The notes below the pieces were generated by a model. It did not search any database. It saw only the letters and a program-made list of their open reading frames with translations, and was not told where the DNA came from. From positions 29,512,001-29,576,000 of the forward strand of contig CM060733.1 of NCBI GenBank assembly GCA_030704615.1: DNA of 64,000 bases, given 5' to 3'. Shown one piece after another: positions 37,260-48,857 of the stretch. A program made the translations under genes and the position numbers. This DNA comes from Takakia lepidozioides (lineage: Eukaryota > Plantae > Bryophyta). How positions within the stretch are numbered: position 1 is the first letter of the stretch; the number at the start of each line of letters is the position of its first letter.

Positions 37260-39110
37260 AATTTGCAGATATGTCTGTTGTCCATTGTTTCCTCAACTTT
37301 GCCTTATCCTCCACCTACCAGCTGCAGCATCAGATGTTCAAAAGAAGCACACAAGTTGCAGCATGATGTGGTTCACTGGTGACAATTTTTTTGCCGCACG
37401 TTCCGCTACCTTGACATTGCCATGAGCTCTACAGGCACCAAGCAAGGCCCTCCACACCCTGGTATCTGGTTGTATTGGCATTCTGTTAATAAAGTCCTCT
37501 GCCTCATCTAATCACCCTGCATGGCCAAGAAGGTCCACCATGCAGCAAAAATGCTCCAATGTAGGAGTGAAGCCATGAGATTGGCTTATGGAATCAAAGT
37601 AGTGGCGGCCTTCATCCAATAGGCCCATATGGCTACATGCAGAAAGAAGTGATAGGAAGGTGATACTATTTGGCTTCAAGCCTTCCTGTTGCATTTTATC
37701 ATATAATTGTAGGGCCTCCCGACCGCAACCATGCTGGGCACACCCTGCCATCATTGCACTCCACGAAACTAGATCTCGTTGAGCCATATTGTCAAACACT
37801 TGACGTGCATCCTTCATGCTCCCACATTTGGCATACATGTCAACAAGGGCAGTCTCCAAATTGATATATGGTACGATTCCAGCTTTGATGATGTCAGCAT
37901 GGACCTCTTTTCCCTTCTCCAGAGCTCTAGGCTGGCACATGCACAAAGGACACAAACGAACGTGACCCTGTCAGGCATCACCCCTTCCCGTTGCATTTGC
38001 TCATAGATCTCCAAAGCCTCCCTACCCCATCCATGCTGAGCATATCCTGCAATCATAGCACTCAATGAGACAACAACCCGTTTAGGCATATTGTCAAACA
38101 CTTGACGTGCATCCTTCATGCTCCCGCACTTGGCATACATGTCAACAAGGGTGTTCTCCAAATTAATATATGACCCAATTCCAGCTTTGATGATTTCAGC
38201 ATGGCAAAAATGATTCCTAGGCTGGCACACGCATTTAGAACACCAATGAATGTAACTCTGTCTGCCGTCACCCCTTCCTGCTGCATTTGGTCATATATTT
38301 CCAAAGCCTCCCTACCACATCCACACTGAGCATATCCTCCAATCATTGCACTCCATGAGACCACATCTTGTTGAGCCATACTGTTGAACACTTGTTGGGC
38401 ATCATCATGCTCCCACATTTGGCATACATATTCACAAGGGCAGTCTCCAAATTAATTTATGGCTTCATTCCGGCTTTAATGATGTCAGCATGGACACTCT
38501 TGCCCCTTTCCAGGGCTCCTAGGCTGGCACAGGCATTGAGAATGCAAATGAATGTGACCTTGTCAGGCATCACCCCTTCCCATTGCATTTGTTTAAATAC
38601 TTTGAAAGCCTCCTCAGCATGCCCATGCTTGGCATATCCTGCGATAATCATAGTCCATGTAAACATATCTCGTTCAGACATTCTGTCAAGCACTTGGCGT
38701 GCATCCACCATGCTCCCGCACTTGGTGTACATGTTTATTAGGGTGTTGAGTAGAAAGATATTTGGCTTGAATCCACTTTTGATGATGTGGGTGTGCAACT
38801 GTTTTCCCTCTGCTAGGCCTTTTGTCTTGATGCACTCCTGCAAGAGACAAAGCTAGGTATTGGAATCTGCCTGAATGCCTTGCTGGTTCAAAATGTGCAG
38901 CACCTCTTTCACTCGTCCAGCCTTACACAAGGACCGAACATTCCCAATGGCGTTGAAAGAGTTCTTACTGACCCCCTCCTTTGGTCTTCTTTTGAAAGCT
39001 GTGGTGATGGGGGAGGTGCTACAACAGCCACCAGTCTGATGTCCAAGAAACACCTGCGTCTAATTCAAGCCTGCAATCCTGCAAGACCAACCTTTACACT
39101 CAAACTCCCA
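37260..39110 (-). pseudogene. PLS-class PPR pseudogene with E-domain remnant and no recognisable DYW
   Basis: PLS triplets split over several frames (38853-39053, 38457-38843, 38116-38418, 37814-38230, 37512-37955) by stops and frameshifts. N-terminus is homologous to the DYW gene at 9256. The 5' end is interrupted by LINE copy B. Confidence 0.9.
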
Positions 39111-39130
39111 GACCATCTCTCAAAAGCTCG

Positions 39131-41987
39131 CCACTTCCTGGTTTGGACTGAGATCAAAAGGTGTTTTCCCACCACCAAGAGATCTGTGAAACGTTCGATT
39201 CGGAAGTGGCGCATAGAAAAATTCCACAATGAGGAGGTCAAGGCTGAGTACGTCCAGGCCTTGCAAGAGGCTCTCCCTCATTTTGTCCAATCGCTCCAAG
39301 AACTTCAGTCACGCTCTGTTAACGCAAGAAATGAAGTCGAAAGAGCAGTGGACTCTTGGGAGAGTTTCGTTTCCTCCGTGGCTGACAAGATCATTGGGAG
39401 GAAACTAATTGTCTGCGGTAGAGCAGTTAATTGGTGGACTAATGAGATTAAACTCAAGATAGCTGAGAGACGAGCCCTCTATAAAGAGTGCTGCAATTTG
39501 GAAACCAACAGAGAATTGTGGGCGAGGTACTACCAGCTCCGTAAAAGATATCAATCAGCTTGTTAGGTCTCAGAAGAAATTATACTGGGACAAGTTATAC
39601 AGTGAAATAAACTCAAACCACCATGGTGGTAATGACAAGAAATTCTGGTTGGCCCTTCAACGTTTGTACAAACCAAAAAACGGTCAGCAAGTACAAGCGC
39701 TGAAGACTACTGAAGGTGCAGTGGTGACTTCATCGGTTGACATTGTCAAAACCTTTGAAACTCACTACAGTATCCTTGGCAGAACTTCTAGGTCTAACAG
39801 TGAGGGGTCTTCTGCTGAATGGAGGGACACAGTTGGAAAAACTGTTCCTATGATTCAAAACAGCCCTGATGAACTGGAGTATATTTCAATGGCTTATAAT
39901 GCTCCCATTAGTTCTTCTGAGATTGTGGAAGTAATTGAACATTTAAATGGATATAAAGCTGGTGGACCTGATGGTATTGTCAACGAGCTTATCAAGCACG
40001 GTGGCGATCCCATGATAGAGGCCCTAGTTCTCCTCTTTAACCTTATCTGGAAGACTGAAATGATCCCCTTTCGCTGGCGACAGGGGGTCATTGTCAATCT
40101 ATACAAGAAGGGTGACAGAGAAGAACCGGGGAACTACCGTGGCATCACGCTCCTCAATGCTGTTGGCAAGACATTCTGCAGAGTTATAAGTACTCGTCTC
40201 GAGGTTGATCTGGAGTCCAGAGGTTGTTTCCACGAAGGCCAAGCTGGCTTTCGGCGAAACAGGGGCTGTGTGGATCATATCTTCACTCTACGCCAGATTA
40301 TCCAGGGAAGGAAAAAAGAAGGGAAACCCACTTATGTCTTTTTCCTGGATGTCAAAAAGGCTTATGACACAGTGTGGAGGGATGGCCTATGGTTCCGCCT
40401 CTGGTCTTGTGGGATCAAGGGAAAGATGTGGAGTGTTGTCCACAACTTGTATGCTCACACCAAAAGCTGTGTCACTGTTAACGGACAGAAGTCCAACTTC
40501 TTTGACATAGACCAAGGTGTAGCTCAAGGATGTACTCTCTCCCCTCTGCTCTTCAATGTTTTCATCAATCAACTCCTCGAGGATGTGGAAAGTGAGGGAT
40601 TTGGGTTAAGGGTGGGTGATACCACCATACCAGCCCTTATGTTTGCGGATGACTTCGCAGGCATAGGGGAGACTCCAACCAATCTCCAGGAGTTGATTGA
40701 TTGCGCGAAGAGATACTTTGATCTTTGGGGGCTAGAGGCTAATGTCAGCAAATGTGCAGTGGTAGCATTCAACGACAGAGGAGAGGGAGGAAGTGATCTT
40801 AAGTGGCAGTGGGGTAGCCAAGAGATCCCGGTCCTCCCTTCCTACACTTACCTGGGCGTTGAGTTCTCCTCCAATTGTAATTGGGATGCACATATCTGGA
40901 AAGTTGTTCAAACTGGCAAGGGCAAAACTCTGGGGCTCACTAAATTTTTCCACTGCAGAGGGGTCAACTCTGAGGTTAAGAAAACCATGCTTTCTCGCGT
41001 TATTAGACCTGCCTTGGAGTACGGATCTGCTATATGGGTTGATAACTCCAACCAGGCTAAGTCTCTAGAATCCATTCAAGTGGGGGTGCTTAAGGAGTGT
41101 ATGTCAGCATGCTCCAAAACAGCCAATGTGGCTGTTCGGGGTGAGTTTGGCATTCCGTCCTTAAGCTCCCAACGAGATGAATTCAAGGTCAGATGGTGGG
41201 GTCAGCTGCAACATATGCCCAACACCAGATATCCTAAATTAATCGACTCTATATCTTGGAAACAGGACCGCCCTGTCAAACAGGCTAAGTCCTGGCAGAA
41301 GAGAGTAGAAGAGATCCTCAAGGACCTGGACCTGGATCCGCAAGTCTTGACCCTGCTGGATAAATCTGACTTAGAGGCTGTAGTGTCCTCAGCCATGTCT
41401 GTTGCCATGAGATTGTCTGATGAAAATGAAGTTAGGCAGAAAACTTCCCTGAACTTGTTTCCAGTCTGTGACATGGGGGAGGACATCTTGGATGACCTCA
41501 AGGGTCTACCCACTCTCGGCACTAGACTGAAATTTAAACTCAGGGCAGGAAGCCTTCCTTTGAACAGCAAACAGAAGCAGAGAGGAAAGGGAGAGTGCAA
41601 TTGCCCGTTGTGTGGGCAATCTGAAGACAGTATTCATTTTCTGATACACTGTCCGGGGTTCTCTCACCAAAGAGACGCTCTCTTCAAATCTATTAAGGGA
41701 ATTGTGCCTGTACCCCTGTTTACCAACTTTGAAAGTCTCGAGGCTGAGCCAAAAGCCCAGGCCCTCCTGAGGCCTAGTTTTTGGGCAAATCACACACAGC
41801 AGATTGATGCTTGTGTGAAGGGATTTCTAGAAGATATCTGGAAAACCCGGATTAATTCTTTATATGGAGGTAAGTCTTACTACCAACGTCAGCCCCTGAC
41901 AGAGGTAGGTTCTGTCCCTTTTGTTCCCGCTCAAACTGGGCGCGGGGTCAATGGCCACAAGGCTACGGCAAACAACGTCTTATGAGT
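39131..41987 (+). mobile_element. LINE (RTE/RTEX-like), copy B: 5'-truncated, RT frame intact
   Basis: 778-aa-plus ORF with NYRGITLL, QAGFR, FLDVKKAYD, GVAQG..LSP, FADD, YLG and a C-terminal CPLC..E...HFLIHC. One frameshift near 39543. TSD TCTCAAA(A)GCTC at 39118-39129 and 41992-42002. Confidence 0.96.
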
Positions 41988-43409
41988 ACAATCTCAAAGC
42001 TCCTAGACATTTAGAAGACGAGTTGGAGCCCTTGGAACCCGACTAATACTGACCTGGAGCTCCAAGGGGTAAATCCAAATTTAAATCACCAACAGATTAA
42101 GCTCGACCTTGTGTTATGGCAGCTAGCTCCGCTATCAACAAAGGAGGGTTCGACCAACTTTCCATTCAAAGGACTCTCTTTGTGCGCTTTTGCTGGAAGT
42201 CTGATGATTTTGGCAATTTATGTGAGAACAACCAGTGGCAGCTGAGAAGCCATAGCTTCGAGTACAGCCTCAAGCACACCCTCGCATACACCCCTCTACA
42301 ACCACAAAAGCTCCAAAGATCAAATGGAGAATTTCCTTGAACAACGTACTTATAGCAAGAGTAAGTTCTTTGGCCGTCAGGAGTATTTGCAAAATTGGCC
42401 ACAAGTGCTCCTTATCAAACTCCGTCTTAAATGAAAAGGCCTCAGCAGACAAAGGTGTCGATTACATTCTCGTTGACCGCCATGTTAACTTCTTTGAGTA
42501 CAATGAGCGTCATGTTAGGTGCCATTAGCCAAAGAAAATATGAAACCCCGATCACTCGGATGCACGGATTTTAGAGACCCACCAAAAGACACATAGAGAT
42601 GCATGTCCATACCTTTCTTGGGTCTTCCTGGAGGCTGGGAAGGTGTACTAAGATTGCAGGAAAAGGTCTCGGGCCCGAATTCGGCAAGCTGGACATCATA
42701 AATCTCCGCTCCATAACCTCCCCCGATAATCTCTTGCACGATGCGAAACGCACCCATTCACCGCAAAGGATTGACATTGGCTTGGTGCTTGTCGAGGAGA
42801 GCTCCAAAGCAGGGTGCCATCCCTGCTCTGCTCTGTGAGAGCGCACCGGAGAGCGCAGCACAAACCCAGATTGGTCTTACCTCCCTGCAGGTTGTGCAAT
42901 GAGGTGGAATTCCAAATATAATCTCGTATTACATACAGATCAGTGCACCCCCGCCCATCACTGTTAGTGACTTACCAAGTTAAGTTCGTTACCTCTCAGT
43001 CTCGCTCTATGAACGCAGCTCATGTGCACTCGTTCTGGCTCCACATGCTCTCTTCCACTTGCTATGGCGGACATCAACTCGTAAGTTAAATTGCCCCTGG
43101 CACCAGAACTTTCAATTTCAAACATTCCTCGGTGATCTGTTTCTCACTTTCTGATCTCGTTGGACCGCGAAGTGGAGATGAACAGAAGATCCGCGCGCTT
43201 TCATTGTCAGGTATGTATTTGTGACGAACTGAGGCTGCCACATCAACCCTTACGTGTGCAGATAGGATATCTTTATCTGACCAATGGGCTACGGCTCAAG
43301 GAACTAATGGCTAAACTTGGATTCAGTGATGAGAGCAGAGCCAGATCCACTTGAAGCTTTCATGGAGTGGCCCCAATCTTCCATCTTATGCTTCTAGATT
43401 CTTCACAAT

Positions 43410-44830
43410 GTCCATGTTGATGTCATGATATCGACCGAAATGAATTGAGATTCCATAAATGAATCATATTTTTCAAGCCTTCATTGTAGGCTAAAACAAC
43501 CTCATTGAAGGGAATCAAACACCTGTACTCGTCTCTTGAAACCTTTGGATTGCCCCAATTTGAGAGGAAAATAGTGGAGCAACCTTCGGCAGGATTGTTG
43601 TAAGAAAAAAATGTATAGCCACTACATGAGAGACGTCTATGCTGCTCCACAAGAGAAACCTCTTGGGGTCAGCACGCAGGAAGTTAGAAACTCATGTAGC
43701 CGGGCCGAAAATGCTTGGGAAAAGTTGGCAGAGGTATGTTGATCATCATCATGTAAGGATATCCCAAACTATAGGTAATTACCCGCCCGGCGTTCTTTGA
43801 TGAACTTGGCGCCTTACCCAACAGAGGAAGGGAAATTCCTCACCATCATGAATAAGGTTTTGCATGTTCCTTTTATTTTGAGTTTTGGACATTTGTGGTG
43901 TGGTGTTATGCAGCGCTTTTATGGAGAGGTGAAATACATCTTGGGGCTGGTGCAAGCATAGACTTCAGTCAACATGCGATCCAACAAAAACTGAAAGACT
44001 TCGAGAAGATCATGGACGTGAAATTGGCCCATGTGCAAGGAACCATGGCCACAACATAGATAAAAGTGACTTGGTGGCCCAGCGAGTGCAGGAAATCAAC
44101 AATGAAGGTCGAAGCAATGGCAAGTGAGATGAAACGGGTGGTAGCAATCAGCTCCAAGATCGAAGCTCTCATTAGCGAGATGAGGCAAGGGTTGGATCGG
44201 TTGTTGGCGCCTAAGAAGAAGTAATTTCCAATCTCTAGAGAAGACTCTAGGCTGATAACTATGTCAGAGGTGGACCGCCATGCGTGCGCACACTCTTCCA
44301 CTCCCCGTCAGATGGCTACGTCGATTTATTCGAAATTTTATATCGATACACTACTCCTAGAGAGTATTATTCAAGTTTGTGCATTGACGACAATTTAGAT
44401 TTTGCATTGGTTTTGAACTTCAAAAATTGTTCAACTTGGAGCTCAAGATGATATGGAACCAAGTAGTCAGTATTTCGTGCAGTAGCTCCAGCATAAGCAA
44501 AATTAATCCCATGGCGAAAACTGGAGTTTGTACGGTTTGTTATTCATGCTTGAATTGGGGGGAGGAAAAGAAGTCCAAAGGCGTGAGCGATGAAATCAAT
44601 CACAAGACGTCCATTTGAATAGCGTCCTACTGGACGTCCAAAAAATGTTTCTCCACAAGGTCTATTCAAGTGCAATTGTTGGTTTGATGGAACTGCTAGT
44701 TGATCATTTTCAGTATATCGGAGAGCGAGTCTCCAAACATGAATATGATATCCAATGGACAAATGGATTGGACTAGATTGATGCTAAATCACCATAAACA
44801 ATAACACATATCTTATAATATCCGGCATAG
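43410..44830 (-). pseudogene. GDSL esterase/lipase pseudogene, copy 2
   Basis: [32 protein letters not shown] and GINFA motifs with frameshifts. Roughly 0.5 kb of extra sequence at about 43780-44275 relative to copy 1. Confidence 0.85.
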
Positions 44831-45645
44831 TGTTTTCTTTTGGAATTCCATGTTCTTTTAGATTGTTCACAAATTATGTCCACGTTGATGTCATGATATC
44901 GACCGAAATGAATAGAAATTCCATGAAGCCGCTACTGGAGATTTTGAATCATATTTTTCAAGCCTTCGTTGTTGTAGGCTAAACCAACCTCATTGAAGGG
45001 AATCAAACACCTGTACTCGTCTCTTGAAACGTCGAGATTGCCCCAATTTGAGAAGAAAATAACAGAGCAATCTTCGGCATGATTGTTTTAAATAAAAAAA
45101 TGTCTAGCCACGGCATGTAAATATGTCTATGCTGCTCCACAGGAGAAATCTCTTGGGGTCAGCATGCAGGAAGTTAGAAACTCATGTAGCCGGGCCAAAA
45201 ATCCTTGAGGAAAGTTGAAAGAGATATGTCGCCATTGTATAATGATATCCCAAGCTATAGGTTATATGCACGTCGTCAACCTGTTAACTACGTCAGGAGT
45301 GAACCTCCATGTGTGCGCACAATCTTCCACTCCCCCAAGATGACTACCTCGATATATTCGAAATTTTATAACGATATACACGCCTGGAGAGTATTATTCA
45401 AGTTTGTGCATGACGACAATTTAAATTTGTATTGGTTTTGAAATCCAAAAATTGTTCAACTTGAAGCTCAAGATCATATGGAACCAAGTAGTCGTGATTT
45501 TGTGCAGTAGCTCCAACAAAAGCGAAATTATTCCCATGTCGGAAATTGGAGTTCGTACGGTTTGTTATATATGCTTGAATTGGGGTGGGGAAGGGAAGTC
45601 CAAAGGCGTCAACGATGACACCAATCACAAGACGTCCATTTTGAA

Positions 45646-47072
45646 GGGGGTTGGTATCCTATGAGCACAGCGTTAGCACAACCCACGGTCATGGGGGTTG
45701 TATGTTTTTAAACCGCAGTAATAGGAATTACATGTTTTGAGGCACGGTGCATTTATAGGGTGTAGTTGCACCAAAACAATAAACTATCTCATCTATCTTT
45801 CAATTTCGAATTGATAAGTTAAAATTAAGTAGTAGTTTCGGGAGTGAGGGTTTTAATTTCGCACCGAGAAATTAAAATTAAGTAGGAGTTTCGGGAGTGA
45901 GAGTTTTAATTTCGCACTGAGAAAATAAAATTAAGTAGGAGTTTCGGGAGTGAGAGTTTTAATTTCGCAATGAGAAAATAAAATTCAGTAGGAGTTTCGG
46001 GGGTGAGAGTTTTAATTTCGCAATGAGAAAATAAAATTCAGTAGGAGTTTCGGGGGTGAGAGTTTTAATTTCGCAATGAGAAAATAAAATTAAGTAGGTG
46101 TTTCAGGAGGGAGAGTTTTTATTTCGCACTGAGAAAATAAAATTAAGTAGGAGTTTCGGGAGGGAGAGTTTAATTTCGCACTGAGAACATAAAATTAAGT
46201 AGGAGTTTCGGGAGTGAGAGTTTTAATTTCCCACTGAGAAAATAAAATTAAGTAGGAGTTTCGGGAGTGAGAGTTTTAATTTCGCACTGAGAAATTAAAT
46301 TATGTAGGAGTTTCGGGAGTGAGAGTTTTAATTTCGCACTGAGAAAATAAAATTAAGTAGGAGTTTCGGGAGTGAGAGTTTTAATTTCGCACTGAGAAAA
46401 TAAAATTCAGTAGGAGTTTTGGGGGTGCGAGTTTTAATTTCGCAATGAGAAAATAAATTAAGTAGTAGTTTCGTGGATGAGAGTTTTTATTTCGCACTGA
46501 GAAAATAAATTAAGTAGGAGTTTCGTGAGAGAGTTTAATTTCGCACTGAGAAATTGAAATTAAGTAGGAGTTTCGGGAGTGAGAGTTTTAATTTGGCACT
46601 GAGAAAATAAAATTTGGTAGGAGTTTCGGGAGTGAGAGTTTTAATTTCGCACTAAGAAAATAAAATTAAGTAGGAGTTTCGGGAGTGAGAGTTTTAAGCA
46701 TTGAGAAATTAAAATTAAGTAGTAGTTTTGGGAGTGAGAGTTTCGTCGATAAATTATCCATGGGACGTGACAACCTTTAAGGTCTCTTGGAGTCTCAGTG
46801 CCCTTTTCTCAAGTCTATCATGGAAATGGCCTAGTACCGGGTGAGCATAGCGTAAGGAAATCCCACACTTATAGGGTAACATGGCTATCTTGTATAGAAG
46901 TTACTTGTTTCTTAAGTGTTGTTGTGAGGGCCTTTGTGAGCAGTTAAAAATAGTTTCGCAAATTTTTTAGTTTCTCAATTTTCGTTTTGCTGAAGAATAT
47001 TCGAAAGACATCTTAGGAATATGCGATATGTTCGCTTGTGCTCACTCGAGCATGCTCAATCGCTACCCAACC
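45646..47072. mobile_element. Non-autonomous Mutator-like TIR element containing a tandem array
   Basis: Imperfect TIRs of about 35 bp (GGGGGTTGGTATCCTATGAGCAC..AGCACAA / TTGTGCT..TGCTCAATCGCTACCCAACC). The roughly 10-bp duplication TCCATTT(T)GAA occurs only once in the paralogous empty site at 44610-44619. Confidence 0.75.
45820..46744. repeat. 53-bp minisatellite, about 17 copies
   Basis: Unit GAGAAAATAAAATTAAGTAGGAGTTTCGGGAGTGAGAGTTTTAATTTCGCACT repeated head-to-tail with scattered substitutions. Confidence 0.97.
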
Positions 47073-47773
47073 TCCATTTGAATAGCAGCCTGTTAGACGC
47101 CCAAAAAATGTTTCTCCATAAGGTGTCACGGACATAGCCCAGAGGAACTTACCAAGAGTAAATACCAGAAGTTACCAAGTTACCATGTTACAAAAAATTA
47201 CCATAACTTACCGTAATTTACTATGATCTATCATGATTTACCATTACTTACCAAGTTACCGGGAGTTTACCAAATTACCAAGAGTAACTTGAGAAACTAC
47301 TCAGAAAGCTTCATTTGGAGAAAACTTCTCCATCAAGATACCTCTTTTGTTTAAGGAGGCTTCTCCATCAAGAAACCTTTGTTTAATCTTGGAAACTCTT
47401 CAGCAAGAAACCTCCATAGGGGAAACTTCTTGGGGAAGCTTCTTAGTAGCCAGTATATATAGGAGGCGAGACTGGACACTCTTCAGTCTCGCCAACACAA
47501 GTTCAAGCTACTCTTGTTCCTAGTCCAGTACTCCAGTCTAGCTTACAGTATCTAGTCCAGTTTCTAGTATCTGGTATTCCAGTCCAGTTTCCGGCATTCC
47601 AGTATCCAAGTCGAGTTCCAGTATTTTGTATTCTTGTCCATTGTTATAAAGATCATCTTGATTCATGTTTACCTACCATGCATTCGGCCACGCCGACCTT
47701 GACTTTTTGTCTAGTCTTGTACCTCTAATCTAATCTCTTGTTTGTGTTTTGTCATGTTCTCGTCCTTGACAAT

Positions 47774-47784
47774 TTGGCGAGACT
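47774..47784 (+). promoter_or_regulatory. Self-priming primer-binding site TTGGCGAGACT
   Basis: Exact complement of AGTCTCGCCAA (47485-47495), which lies about 24 nt downstream of the LTR TATA box (47454-47461). Confidence 0.85.
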
Positions 47785-48812
47785 AAAGTTTGTTCTTTAG
47801 TTAGTTAAGATGGAAGGCACATTTGCGGAAATGATCACCACATTGTAGAGTTTTCAGCTCCAGATGCAAGAACTTCGTACATCTACCGCCCAATTGCAAG
47901 CTGATCAGTCTCAAGATCTTGGCAACATTCTCCACAATTTGCAACAACAAATTTCAGAGTTAAATGAGTCGAACAATGGATCTTCAACCATACGAGTCCC
48001 TACTGCAACAGCTCCTACTGCAACGGTTCCTCTTCAACAGAACCAAAGATTAGCATGCCCGAGAAATTTGATGGGACGAGATCAAAATTTCACGGTTTTG
48101 TTCAACAAGTACGACTGTTCTTACGACTACATCCACAATGCTATCCCGATGAAGGTATTCAAGTGGGATTCGTGGGCACCATTCTATCAGGCATTGCCAT
48201 ATTTTGGTTTGCACCGCTATTAGAATAAAATTCGCATTTACTATACAATTTTGAAGCATTCATGTCCAAGTTCACTGCAACGTTTGGAGAAAATGATAGA
48301 GAGAGAGTTACAGAAATAAAGATGCGAAATCTTCGATAAGGAGCACATCATGCTTCCGTTTATGCTGCCGAATTTCGACAACTTGCGTGCGATCTCGACT
48401 GGAATGAGAAGAGCCTCATTAGTCAGTTTCGATGTGGACTAAAAGATGATGTAAAAGATTTGTTGCTGACAATGTCAAACGTGATCACACTGAGTGAATT
48501 CATCACCCAAGTCATTGCATGCGATAATCGTTTGTTTGAAAGACGTCAAGAGAAGCGATCTGGATGGTCTACGACGCATCATGCCACTGCTACTACGACA
48601 CCAAACACAACGATCCATCAGACATCCAATAGTGATCATATACAGATTGATGCTATCCGATTCAAGCCATTGACGCCACAAGAAAAACAAAAACGGCCCT
48701 CGAATGGATTACGCCTCTATTGCGGAGAAGAAGATCACATAGCATTAAACTGCCCCAACAAGAGAAGATTCAAAGCTCGGGGCACAACTCAAGTGTTCGA
48801 TACGAAGAGGTC

Positions 48813-48857
48813 GGAAAACGACGATGTCCAGTCACAGTAGGGACCATGCGGCTGAAC
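48813..48857 (+). promoter_or_regulatory. Putative gag-pol -1 ribosomal frameshift signal
   Basis: G GAA AAC at the end of gag (SEN), followed 6 nt later by the stem-loop GTCCAGTCACA...TGCGGCTG(A/G)AC. pol continues in the -1 frame (GKRRCPVTVG). Conserved in copy B near 56328-56372. Confidence 0.6.

Noticed and set aside
38880-39566. 228-aa ORF as a PPR-LINE fusion gene
   Set aside because: The first part is antisense PPR pseudogene read by chance into the truncated LINE, with no real start.
42100-43400. Short ORFs between LINE copy B and the GDSL pseudogenes
   Set aside because: No motif I could support; left unannotated.
45820-46744. CRISPR-like array
   Set aside because: Units are contiguous with no unique spacers, there are no cas genes, and the context is eukaryotic. 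It is a minisatellite.
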